In this document: positions 26,389 through 41,090 of the stretch, one piece after another
How positions within the stretch are numbered: position 1 is the stretch's first letter
Layout of the letters: every line of letters begins with the position of its first letter
Origin: Eledone cirrhosa
Taxonomy: Eukaryota
NCBI GenBank assembly: GCA_964016885.1
Contig: OZ024747.1
Location: forward strand, 37,634,001-37,698,000
Direction of reading: 5' to 3'
Length of the DNA stretch: 64,000 nt
The notes under the pieces: generated by a model
Seen by the model: the letters and a program-made list of their open reading frames with translations, nothing else
Databases searched by the model: none
What the model was told of the DNA's origin: nothing
Program-made: the position numbers and the translations under genes

Positions 26389-27951
26389 TATAGATATATT
26401 CATAGGCAATGACATTTGGAGTGTATAGATTCTGTTTGCATCTGAAAACAGATGATTACTTTCTAAAAATTTAAAATGCTGTTTATTCTCTTTATTTATT
26501 TTTATTTACACCATAAAAGCAGATTCTGAATTTCTGATATTCATCATCATCATAATCGTGTTATCCTTGCCAGCAAGGGTTGGATGGGTCTACATTGACC
26601 AAGTTAGTACTGAAGTGGGGCCACTGATCTAGACAGACCAGGGATCTGTCTCAAATTCCACCACATGCACAGGAGAGTTGCATATTTTTGGCACAACTGA
26701 GGGTCCTCTCAACCCTTTGTTCGGCAAGCTGACTTGATGCCCTTCCTATCACCAACCACTTTACAACATGTACTGGGTGTGTTTATCATGTAGGCCACCA
26801 ACACTAGGGAGGCTGTCATGTCCTTGACATGGGTCATCTCAACCATTTGTTTCGCAATCATTCTATGGCTGGATGCCCTTCCCATCACCAAGCAGGTGGG
26901 GCCCTCTATTTTACTGAGCCAAGGATGACATTTTGACTGATGGAGTTGAGACAAATTCTTGAGATTAAATTTGGGGATATCAGAACGCAAGTTGGTAAAA
27001 GCTCTTGTGACATAAGCAGCTGCTTTTCAACTTAGCTCGGTACCCACACCTAGCTCAGAGATCAGTTGGAGACAGTTACTTGTGACAGGACCCACTGGAA
27101 AGAGTGTTTGAGGACTGCTCCCATGATCCTCTCAAGAATAAATGGGTGGAGAAGAAAAAGAGAAGCTTTATATGGGACAAGTTTACCTCATACATAATCA
27201 CTCAAGCCAACAATATTACAATATTTGCCACGCCACAATGAACATAAACTATCAAACAACGGACAAATATAAATTCTCACTGCCATAAACAACAAAACTC
27301 AACATCGCTACATACTCAGTTGAAAATGAGTATCAGCAATAGCTGGGGGTATTAAGCCCGAGATGAACTGGCGTCCTGTCTAGGGGGATGTCTTGTACTC
27401 TGTTAATTCCCACCACGGAAACGGATAAGTGCCAGCTTGAACCGCTGGGCTCGAGACAGTCTGGAATAAAAATGAGTATCAGCTGCATCTGGGGATTAAT
27501 TGTAATGGTGATGTGTTCTATACAGTGGGGAGTCATTCACTTGTGATAACACTAGTGACAAGTTATATCAGCCTTTGAATTTTCCTTGGATAACATCGGT
27601 GATGTAGAGGGGAGAGACTGGCATCGATGGATGAAAGTCTTCCACAAAATAATCAAGAATTTGGAGGTATTTAGTAATATATCTAACATTCTCATTATCA
27701 ACTGGTATTTAGAACATAACTTAAACGTTCGTAGATAAAATTAAGATGAAAGTTTTTTTTTTTTTTTAGATATATATAAACACTTTAAAACAACCAATTT
27801 TGTATCATAGGCATAAGGGTGGTTTGGTATAAAAAGGGTTAATTCATTAAAAGAATGTTTTTTTTTCTTCTCTAATTGACTGCCAAGTACTCAAATTTAT
27901 GACCTTGTAACTATGTAAGGGATCATTATTGTTCTCATTTTACGAATGAAT

Positions 27952-28000
<49 letters not shown>

Positions 28001-29875
28001 TCAAACAGCGTACCACCACGTCAGCTAAGTCATAGCAGCACTTCAAACTATTTCTAAATACACGTGTGTTGTGCCTATGCGCAAGCGCATATTAAGTATA
28101 TTATATTTTTAATTTGGGGGAGGTTTACAAAATAGTGAAGCTATGAGAATATAAAATTAAAACATTAATCTCTCAGAAATAGTCTAAAACTTGCCTCTTG
28201 AATTTTTAACACTATATATATGTTAGGGGAAAGTACTAGAATGTAAACTACACGTAATGGTTTCTTTTTCGGGTGAAGTTCTGAATAAGCATCCATGCAT
28301 CTAGCCCCACCTCCTAACTTTCTTTTTCAAACTATCCTACAACTATATATGAGTGTCGGCTGAAACATTCATAGGGTGATTAAGAAGGACTGATGCTAGA
28401 GCTATGAAATCTCGCATGCATTATTTTCAACTCTTCCTATTAATAACTACATTGTTTCCTTGAAAAATAAACCACATTTGTTAATTTGCATATGAATATA
28501 TAAAAATATTACCCACACATAAATATATATATATATATCCAACTTCGTTAATCCAAGAGGACATTTTATAAAAAACGAAAAGGATTGAAAGATTGACGGA
28601 GTTTTGCGGAGGATAGGATTAAATAAACAGAATTGGTGTATGTTTTAACTTTTCTTCAGAATCGCTATCATTCTAATTAACTGGGAACAACAGGCTAACA
28701 CTGGTCCCATGGACGGTGGCCATTAACCTTAAATATGGAAAGAGGTTAGAGATTGGACATAATCGATGGGACTAAGGTTCTCCAGTTGTGCCCTGTTCCT
28801 TATATGCTATTACACTGCAGCAAAACTAAAAGTAAATTAGGCACAACTAGCGAATAATGACCTTATGGACTGATTAACTTGACGTTAATTATTTTGTTGA
28901 ACAGTGAGTTAATACATTTGACAATATTTTAATCCATATTTCCTAGTGGTATTGAACTATGAAGGAGTGATGCGAGGGCTGTGAAATCTTGCATAAATTT
29001 CAACTCTTCTTATTAATTAAAGTTATCTCAAGTATAGCTAGCTATCTATAAATTCGATTATATTTTTTATATCCTTCCATATTTAATATTAATTGTTTCT
29101 ACTTTAGGCACAAGGTCAGCAATTAATCAGTGCATTACTGGTACTTTATTTTATCGACCCCGTAAGGATGAAAGGCACAGTCAACCTCGTCGGGATTTGA
29201 ACTCAGATCGTAAAGGGACGTAACTATGCTGGAAAGCATATATATATAATGTGTGTGTATATATATATATAATGTGTGTGTGTATATATATATATAATGT
29301 GTGTGTATATATATATATATGTGTGTGTATATATATATATATGTGTGTGTATATATATATATATGTGTGTGTATATATATGTGAGAGTCGTCAATCTATG
29401 GGACCAGTATATGTCACACGTGCCCGCCCATGTCAACACTATATAATTAAGAGAAATGGTTGCGGTGGAAGGGAATCAAAAACTAATATGAAAAAGCCGG
29501 TTGCGTACTCCGAAATGGAGAAAAGGTGGTTGGAATGAGATAAATAAAAAAAAAGTGTATTTGGTGGGAGGCGGGATGAATTGTCAGACCCATAATTTCC
29601 AATGTTTAGAACAAATCCGATAAAAAAAAAAAATGGTAAGTGGTTAGAAGGTGGGGTGATTTATTCTACAGCTTCGCTTGTTTTGTCTTAATTATATTAA
29701 TTGATAAAAAGAAAATGGACATTTAACAACTCCCGTAGATTTGTAATCATTTCAATTATTAAAAATAAAATAAACAACTAAATAGGTTTATCCTAAACGA
29801 AATAAATAACACTTGAACATAACAGAATTCTTCGTTTGCCAACATGTCTTTAAGTTAACGATGCTTAGACAGTGG

Positions 29876-29920
<45 letters not shown>

Positions 29921-30140
29921 AAGGTATCATAACATATATATGTATGACGATTATGTTTCTCAAACGATATATGGTTCTTTCTCGCTATATGCAAATTATA
30001 TATATATATATCAACTAGAAATTGATTGACATATATATATCTAAAATAAACACATGAAACAATCACAGGGGATAATTTGTTAAGTGTGTAAGCACACAGA
30101 ACTAGGTAGGCAACTAATTAAAGTTTAACTAGAACTTTGG

Positions 30141-30171
<31 letters not shown>

Positions 30172-31756
30172 TGCGCAAGGAGGTGGCTTTGGAAAAAGGG
30201 GACGAAGATCAACATTTTCCATGAGAGAAATACACGAAATACTTTATACATGCAGAAATTAAAGGCAGTTTTTAAACAATGTAATCTCCGTATCTTGAAA
30301 CCAAAATATATCATATCATATATGTTTTGTATCGTAACATTTACAAATAAACTTTCTGGGCATTTTAGAGTATTAGTGCTATAAGCTTCGTATTGCCGAT
30401 TCACGTATTTAATTTGTGAAATGCTTAAAAGTTAAATAATTTGTATGCATACAAACCTGAAGCAAAAGAATATCCAAGTAATTGCTCTAGATATAATATG
30501 TATATGTATAATTGATATTTTGATAATCTTCGCAGTTTTAGTATATATATAAATAACTTGGTTGCACAGATTAATTGTCGCTTTGGACTAAAAGAGTTCA
30601 AAAGTTTCGTTTAGAAAGTAACATCAGCAGCAGCTATTCTACTAATACTAATAGTGCTACTACTTACTACACATGTCAGGCTAACTCCCACCTTGTCGAC
30701 AATGTCTGACAGCAATACTATTTTTTTATCGCGACTGCTGATCAACAATAGCACACTCCACATATGTATATGCATCGCTAGAAATAGCAGTCAAATTTCC
30801 TTCAAATCACACCTTACCATCTTAAGAAAAGGAAGAAAAAAAACCCCACATTGGATAATGTAGTCTTAGTTATACTATACTTTGTAACAACAATAAATTA
30901 ATAAATAAAATAAAAAGACGAATGGTCACGACTGGAAATCTATATCAGTTTAAAAACATCACTTTATCCATATCTGTAAACTACACAATTTCTCTCAGTA
31001 AGAAACACTTCCTAATATTCCGGAAATGATTTGGCAAAAGTTGATGAATTCTTTGCAAACTTGTAAATTGATGAACTCCACATACAAATAGTTAGAATGA
31101 GGAAAATTGGAGGCGTGTAGCCTTGTGGTAAGTGTGTTGAACTAACGATCTTAATATTGTGGGTTTAATTCCTGAACTGGGTTGTGTGTTGTGTTCATTA
31201 AAACACTTCATTTCATGTTGCTCCAGTATACTCAGTTGGAAATGAATACCAGCGATGACACAATGTGAGAGAAGGCTCGCAAATCCCGCCGAGGTTTACT
31301 TTGCCTTTCATCCTTACGGGGTCGATAAAATAAAGTACCAGTAATGCACTAGGTGTTTGCTGGCCTTGTGCCAAAAGTAGAAACAGTTATTACTGGCACA
31401 ACTCCTTTTTGGCAGCTGGATGACATTTGGCTAAAGGTCAGCGCACCGGCCGGTCAATGAATCTAACTCGTGACCTTATCTAAAACAGAGAATGTCTGTC
31501 TGACTGTCTGACTCCCTAAAGCTCGAGAACCACCCAACCGATTGTTTTCAAACGTTACACATGTAATACTTATGGTCCGGTGAGCAAAAGCAATTTCAAA
31601 ATTTCAATGCTCTAGGGACCGCATTAAGCGATTTAGCGATCTCTCTTTATAACTCTTAGTCTTTCTTTATAAATAGATACATAGACATAACGTTGCGCCC
31701 TTATAATATCTGTCTGTATGTCTGCATTACGACATTATGACGCTACATGTGTGTGA

Positions 31757-31823
<67 letters not shown>

Positions 31824-31829
<6 letters not shown>

Positions 31830-32299
31830 ACCACCGGAAATAACATCTGTGAAATATACAGCTCCATCTATCTGTTAGCTAGCTAGCTCACCGCGAAACA
31901 AACAACCCTTAGAAACCTTCAGAATAAACGCCTACGCACCGACTAAACATCAAACGATTATAAATAGAGTGATTCCAAACACTTTCGCCAGTCGACATTT
32001 GGCAGAGTCAACCCGCGTATCGTTGTTCCTCGCCTCTGCCACGCTTTGTCACTCACACACGCCTTGTACCTTGTATCGTCGCTTCATGTGAAAATAAATA
32101 GCTAATCGAATTTATATCCCTCGCCTTGCTCATCCTTTCAACTTGTGCTTTCGTCTGTTCATCCTCATCGTATGTGACAACAGTTCTTTTAAGGGCTATC
32201 TTCAGATACGATCAGACCGTATGCGATAACAGTTCTTTTAAGGGCTATTCTCGGATCTGATGGGAAGTAGTGACTAGATTGACCAACCACGTCGCTACA
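31824..32299 (+). mobile_element. Solo LTR of the Gypsy family at 57016-60456
   Basis: TGTA...TACA ends; reverse-complement match to 57016-57501; internal ~49-bp duplication; embedded in (TA)n. Confidence 0.9.
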
Positions 32300-32364
32300 T
32301 ACATATATATAGTGTGTAACGTTTTTCGAAATATTTACTTCTGCGTTCACAGATTGATTTTTTT

Positions 32365-32415
32365 AGTTTCAGAAGATCCCGTTAAGGGTGAAAGCAGCGA
32401 TTCTTTGCTTAAACT
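32365..32415 (+). ncRNA. Type I HHR-like motif, variant core CAGAAGA
   Basis: AGUUU-CAGAAGA-U-CCC(GUUAA)GGG-U-GAAAGCA...UGCUU|AAACU, with all three stems formable. Damaged copies at 34762-34805(+) and ~34892-34923(-). Confidence 0.6.
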
Positions 32416-32426
32416 TTAATCTGTTA

Positions 32427-33792
<1,366 letters not shown>

Positions 33793-34815
33793 TCGTGTTT
33801 TTGCATACACAAAAACAAAATATGAACAAACGTATTTATTTCACGAGGCCCGATAAGGATAAATATATATCAAATATATAAGAACCCTAGAGCAAATCCC
33901 GAGCAACGCCGGGCCATTCTGCTAGTTATATATAAATTAACTATTTTATCTATTATATATTATTTACAATTTGCGTGTAAGTCTCTCTGAGGCCGCGAGG
34001 GGGCGGTGGCCTGACAAGTTTGAGAACCTCTGGACTACTGTCAGTCCGTAACTCTGCTAAATGCAGAGGTTCAGATTTTGGTCAAGATGTTAATATAAAA
34101 TTGGCGTTTGTTTTCGGTGATCTAGGAATCGCTAATACTCTGTTACAGCGATATCAAAGATTGCTGTTTATTTGCAATTTCCTGGATTAGACTTGAACAC
34201 AGTTCATGTTTGCATGGGTATATTTATGCTATATATAGTGTACTTTTGAAGAAATTGAGTAAAAAGCTAAAGATCTGAAGGGGCGTGAAGATTAGTCCCA
34301 GCAATTGTGGAACCTTAAACGCCTTTGCAGACGTTTAACAGCCGAACATGTTGCCGTTATAGATAGCTTGGTGAGGGTGGCGGATTGGCTATATAGGTAG
34401 TGACGGACAACAAGTTTTGTGGCATATATAATTACGTTGTCTTTACGTTCTGAGTTCAAATCCTGCCGAGGTAAGCTTTCTTTTTCACCCTTACAGGGTC
34501 GATAAAATAAACTACTAATCACGTATTAGGGTTGATGTAATCGACCCCCCCCCACATACACAAAAAAAAAGTTTGGCCTTGTATCGGAAACCTTGTATCG
34601 GAAACCAGAATTAGAAGAGCATCGAACAAAAAGCCAGTCCTCTTTACAATCTTAGTTCAAATCCCACCAAGGTCAACTTTACCTTTTATCCATCCGGAGA
34701 CGATAAAACAAAGTCCCAGTTTAGCTTGCTTTCTTCACTGGTAAAGCTACCCTAACGCTTTAGTTTCAGAAGGTCCCGTTAAGCAGCGATTCTTTGCTTA
34801 AACTTTAATCTGTTA

Positions 34816-34871
<56 letters not shown>

Positions 34872-35144
34872 TATATTTGTGTACAGATATTGCTTTCACC
34901 CTTAACGGGATCTTCTGAAACTAAAAAAATCGATCTGTGAACGCAGAAGTAAATATTTCGAAAAACGTTACACACTATATATATATATATACACACACAT
35001 ACTATATATATGCATATATATATACACACACACATATAGCGTCATAATGTCGTAATGCAGACAGCCAGACATACAGACATGTAATCGAGTTTTAGGGAGT
35101 CAGACAGACAGACATACAGACATTCTCTGTTTTAGATATATAGA

Positions 35145-36097
35145 CTAGCAGAAAACCAACCAATGGGCGGTTTTCTGCTAGCAAATCTAGTATATATACT
35201 GATATTGTTGAGATTTGGATGAGAAATGTTTTCGGCACCACATGTTCACCGTCTCTCGGTGTGTCTTTTATGCATGTATAAATATATATGTTATCTATAC
35301 GGTGAAATCTTTGAAATAAATATATGCTAAAACGAAAAAGGAGAAAATAAATAACTAGCGGTTAGAAAAAAATATTCCTATGAAATTTTAATCATACCAT
35401 TAGGTGTGAATAAGGAAATATTTTTTTATTGTCAAAACAAATGTTCAAAAGTTAAACTTCAATTTTTTTAATTATTTCCAATTTTTTCATGAAATTGAAC
35501 ACTGGACATTGGCTGCTGGAAATGGAAATTAAATCGTATTTAAATTTCTAACCTTATTTTATTATTTATATTTTTTCAATAAGAAATAAAAAAAAACAAC
35601 AAAAAAAATTGAAGAAAAAAATTGAACAAATCAAACGTAGGTTATGGAACTGCGCAATCTGATTAATAAATTACCTCATCAGCAGCAACCTTCTTCAAAT
35701 GGTCCTTATTATCAGCAGCACCAGCCACAAATTCAATGGCAACCTTCTTCAAATGGTCCTTATTATCAGCAGCAACAACCACAAATTCAATGGCAACCTT
35801 CTTCGCATGGTGTCAAGTCAGAACCGCCTCGAACTGGTTACTTCTGGCTTGTGCAAGGTGTCTCTATAGCAACCAGCGATTCCCTCGGCCTCAGTGACCA
35901 AAGTCAGTGGAGAGGGGAAGGTAATGTTTCTATAGCACGTGTTTTAGCGTCTATTCACTCTCTCTCTTTCCCCTCTCCCTCCCGCTATCCCCCTCTCGTA
36001 GTCTGTCTCTTTCTTTCACCCCCACTCTCTCTCTACGCACGTGTATCCACTGTCGGACAGACAGACAGAGAAATTGCTGGTTATATATATAAGTAGA
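35145..36097 (-). mobile_element. Helitron-like non-autonomous element
   Basis: Minus strand starts A|TCTACTTATATATATAA...CTGTCTGTCTGTC and ends with a hairpin plus CTAG|T, i.e. inserted between A and T. Abuts the 5' end of a second Helitron-like copy (35038-35144). Confidence 0.7.
35686..35805. repeat. 54-bp tandem repeat (~2.2 copies)
   Basis: Unit reads QPSSNGPYYQQ(H/Q)QPQIQW on the plus strand. Confidence 0.85.
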
Positions 36098-36209
36098 TAA
36101 ATTATAAAATATATACTATGTATAAATCAATATCATATATTTTTTATTTTGCTTTATTTATTTGTATTATTTGATTTACATGTACTATTTGATAATTAAT
36201 ATACTATTA

Positions 36210-37110
36210 TATCATCTCCACCCCCTGACCCCCTGACCTTCTGAATGTCCCCCCCCCATCCCGGGGCCGGTAGCGCGCACTTTCAGAACTTCTGGAGTAG
36301 TCTAACGTGTTCTCTTAGTGGCACGCGCCAGCTCGACCAGCACCGCCTTGCTTGTTTTCGTGCGGCCCCCAAACCCCACAGTGGTGCCTGGCTCCATGCC
36401 CTGCCCTCCTTCTCCACTGGCACGCAGCTAGACAACCATAGCTTGCGAATCAGCGTTTACCTGAGGCTCGGCCTCCGGATCTGCCAGCCACACCAATGTC
36501 GCTGCGGTTCCACTGTGGACTCTTTCGGCGTCCGCCCGCTTTCCTGTCGCCACAGTGCCGGCCGCATTCCACGCCATGCTGCCTCCAACGAGGTAATAAA
36601 GCATGGCTTGGATGCTGCAAGCTTCCCTGCCCAGCTCGAGCCGGTGGGGATGGATCGAGGGGACGGAAAAAGGCCAGATGGCATGACCATCTTCCCGTTC
36701 CGCGGTGGCAAACCCCTCGTCTGGGATGCCACTTGCACCGACACTTTCTGCAGCCGCAACTTGGTGCAGTCTGCGACTGACCCAGGTTCTGTTGCACGTC
36801 GGGCTGAGGGGGCCAAACTCCTCACATACCGGTTGCTCTCCGACAGGTTTGCGGTCGTTCCCCTGGCAGTGGAGACTTCTGGTGTCCTCGACCCCAGGGC
36901 TACCTCCTTACTCACCACCATAGGCACTGAGCTGGCCAGGCGCAGGTGTGAGCCCCGCGAGTTGGAGTAGCTTTTCCAGCGCGTCTCCCTTGCCGTCCTA
37001 CGGGGAAACGCCTTCTTCATTCTGTCCGCCGGGGCTGTGGGTGGGTTCCATCGCGTACCACTACATTAGTTAAATACCATTCTTTCATCTGATACAACAC
37101 AATAAAGACT
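36210..37110 (+). mobile_element. CRE-like non-LTR retrotransposon 3' part (restriction-like endonuclease)
   Basis: SGAWLHALP, LRLG, CxC...LSC knuckle, RH, KRPDG...VWDATC (PD..D), PLAVETSG. In-frame stop at 36970; AATAAA at 37101. Confidence 0.85.
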
Positions 37111-37572
37111 AAAGTGTGTTCTTTTCTATTCGCAGTATTATCCAGCTGATAGAAAGTAGAGAGTATCAGGTAGCATTTTATATAACAAATGCCCAGCCAC
37201 GGTTTGCGCTAGACTGAAGTTGAAAGCAGTGTACACTACTGGTACTTAAGAAATTCTACAGGCTCGGAAGTCCCATCTGACAGGTCTTGTTCAGCACCCT
37301 GACATTGCTGATTTATAGAGATACATCTAACAGGTATTGGCGCGTGTAGGACACACACACCCCGCCCACACGCATCCATCACACACACCCTCATATATAT
37401 ATATATATATATTAAAATTATTTTTCCATTTTCTTACTTTTTTTATTGTATCTTTTTTCTTACTTTTTACATCTGTAACTTCTTTACCTATTTATCATAT
37501 ATTTTATTATTGCTGTTATTGTTTGGATTCTCGCTATTTCTCTATATATATCTTGCCATGTATGAATTATTT

Positions 37573-37683
37573 GTATTCTGAGGATTTGATCAGAGGTAAA
37601 TAATGTAATGGAGATCGAGTGACGCAACGTCGAGCGATTAGCGGCCTCTAGACTCACCTGATCAATGAAACAATTGTCAATAC
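37573..37683 (+). ncRNA. Type I HHR motif with large stem II insertion
   Basis: GUAUU-CUGAGGA-U-UUGAUCAG...(64 nt)...CUGAUCAA-U-GAAAC-AAUU-GUC|AAUAC. 5'-truncated copy at 41350-41500. Confidence 0.75.
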
Positions 37684-37748
37684 CTGAAATAAAGCCCCTT
37701 GTTGTACAGCCAACCATGTTACTCTTCAATCTCTCTCCCCCTCCCTTC

Positions 37749-37779
<31 letters not shown>

Positions 37780-37822
37780 GGTATATATATATACACATAT
37801 ATATATATACATATATACTTAT

Positions 37823-37862
<40 letters not shown>

Positions 37863-37909
37863 GTGTATATACAAATACACACACAACCACATATATATAT
37901 ATACATACA

Positions 37910-37945
<36 letters not shown>

Positions 37946-38025
37946 TATACACACACACATATATACATATATATATATCCAATATATATATCCAATCTAT
38001 CACTATTATTACTCTAACTGGATTA

Positions 38026-38091
<66 letters not shown>

Positions 38092-38092
<1 letters not shown>

Positions 38093-41090
38093 CGGCGATG
38101 AATTAGTTTTGCGAGGTTTTTTATATGAAATCGTGTGTCGAAACAGATATTGTTATATTTGGGGAGGGTCATATTTGCGTAATATTGCCAGAATTAATAA
38201 CAGAACACACTCACTGTTTGGTTGGTTTTCGCTTCTCGCTGTCTTTTATATATATATATCTGCGATCTAACTTACTCGGTCCTCAATGTTGCCATTGACT
38301 GACCGGCGGTCAAAAATAATACAGATACAATATAGACAAACACATATATATATAGTTTACATAAATCTTTCGTTGCACATCTGCAACATCGTCAGTGGTG
38401 TTATATTCATTGTTCCTCCTGTTGTGTTGTATGTCTACGCCATTTTTTTTGTTCAGTCTGTCTATATATTTATTTATTTATTTGCTTGTTTGTTTATCTT
38501 ATTTTATTTTGTCTTCTTTGCGCATGCGTTTGCGTGTGTGTATAGTGTTATGTGTGATGTGTGACTAGTGTGTATAGTGTTGTGTCTGCTGGGTGACTAG
38601 TGTGTGTTTATGTGCTTGTGTATGTATTTATTTATCTTATTTTATTTAATTTAATTTACTTATTTATTTATACTTCTCTTAGGTCAGTGTTGTTTGTTTG
38701 GGTGTTGTTGTTGTTCCACTCATTCTTTCTGTTTAGCTGTGGTCTTCTAATTTCTATTTCACTGGCCTCTCTGATTTGCCTATCTGCTGGGTCATTCCTA
38801 TGTTTAGATATTATTCTAATTTCTATGTTGTCTATGTTACCGTCATGATGTTGTCTAGCATGTTCGTATAGTACTGACCCGTTTTTTCGTCCTTTTAGTT
38901 CCCCCCAGTGTTGGTCTATCCTTTCACCTATGCTACGAGCTGTCTCACCTATGTATGTTGTTGTCGTGTTTCTGCAAGTACCCTCTGTACATCTTATGCT
39001 ATAGACTACGTTTCTAGTTTTACAGTTTATCCGGGGGTTCACCTTACATATGATACATTTCCTATTGGTACAGTGGGTTTTCTTAAAAGGGTAGGTTTTG
39101 CTGATCAGGGATTTTATGGTGGTTCCTGGCTTTTCTACCACCTTTATTTTTAAGTGGGTCTTTCTCAGGGCCTTTCTACACTGGTTAGCTAATTTCCCTC
39201 CAGGGGTGGCGTCCACAAACATGACACTCTGATATCTCTGGTTGTCGTACCATGATGTGGCCTTCCCTATCTTATGTCTAGCCCTATCTAAGCTATTCCA
39301 TGATTTGCTCCTGTATAGTGGGCAAATTCCTTTCATGTCCAGTTCTATGAGGGTCTTATACTTTTCCATGGCTCCTTCGTATACTCTGACTCTGTCTCTT
39401 TGGTTGTAGCCAGAGAACTGCATGCGGTTGATGAAGTGTTGGATGTGTCCTTCCATTTCTGTTGGGTCGCACATGCTGGACACATTCTTCATCACTCGTA
39501 CCAAATCTGCGATCAGAATATTAAACTTAGCACTACTGGACATTGCTGAGTTTTTGAGTATCAGGTATTTGGAGGCCATGGGTTTAGCATAGTGTGAGTG
39601 GAGAATTTGGGCTCTCTCGTCTATAGTGTTAATCCAGAGTTCTGTGTCTAATACAGGTAGTCTATTGTTAGGGTGTTTGGAAGGGAAGTCTATAGTTACA
39701 GTTATACTCTGGTGTATGGAATTAGCTATCTGCTGGATGCTTTCCATCGTGCTACGTTCTAAATCAAACTTGTTAGTGCTCTCTAGTGGGGGTGTTCTTA
39801 TAACTATATTGATATCGTCTACATAACGAGAGTACATGATGAGGTCTATGGAGCTTTCATTAAGGAGATCTTTAAGTCTCCTTTCCCACCATACCATGAA
39901 AAGGTTGGCAACATCGCCAGCTATGCTGACGCCGATGGCTGCTCCCTCATTTTGGGTGTAGATTTTCTCATTGAACTTAAATATGTGGCCCTTTAGGGTA
40001 GTTTTGATACTAGCCCCTATTGCATGTGCGACCATTTTTCTTACCTGATCAGTGTTTTGGGGGGTCCGTATAGCTTTGGTCCACCCAATCCACCTTCCTA
40101 TGGGAGTCTTTTTAGCCATTGAGGTTATGGTGGGGGGTCTACCTCTTATAGGTCTACTAGGGCAGAAACATCTAAGGTCATGGCTGTCTAGGTAGTCAGT
40201 GTCGTAGGTAAGTCTAAGTAGGAGGCCCAGTTCGTCTGTGTCGACGTCGCAGAACTCCACCTCACTCTCAATGATCATCTCCACACATCTTTTCACAGCA
40301 AAATCAATGTTAATGGATGGGTACAGTGACACCACATCCATGCTGCCTATTATGCAGTTGGATAGGCTCCTGTTTTTGTTGCACTCACTGATTCTGCTGA
40401 GGAGGTCCTCTGTACTTTCACATACATCTGGGGACATCTTGATTATGGGGCGTATAACCATTGAGAGGAAGTAGGAGATCCTGTAGTTGCTAGCTATATT
40501 AGCTCCGCATACAGGTCTTGTTGGTGGTCCTATTGTCGGGTCGTCGACTGTCTTGTGGTCTTTGCGGAGCCCATACAAGGGTGGTATGCCATTGTTAGAC
40601 GCCTGGAAGTTGTTGGCAGTGCGTCTGCTTGGCTTTAGGATGTCAGTCCACATCATCATGTGAGCGTTGAGGATTTTTTCTCTCCCATCGTGTGTTAGTT
40701 GTGCAACTTCGCTCGTGTTGGTGATGTGGGGTTGCATTGCCTCGATGTAGTTCGGCATGCTATCTAAATAAATAAATATATAGACAGACTGAACAAAAAA
40801 AATGGCGTAGACATACAACACAACAGGAGGAACAATGAATATAACACCACTGACGATGTTGCAGATGTGCAACGAAAGATTTATGTAAACTATATATATA
40901 TGTGTTTGTCTATATTGTATCTGTATTATTTTTGACCGCCGGTCAGTCAATGGCAACATTGAGGACCGAGTAAGTTAGATCGCAGATATATATATATAAA
41001 AGACAGCGAGAAGCGAAAACCAACCAAACAGTGAGTGTGTTCTGTTATTAATTCTGGCAATATTACGCAAATATGACCCTCCCCAAATAT

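Noticed and set aside
37337-38270. Long YI/HT/CV-rich ORFs here and at other microsatellites
   Set aside because: Translations of (TA)n, (CA)n and (TACA)n tracts.
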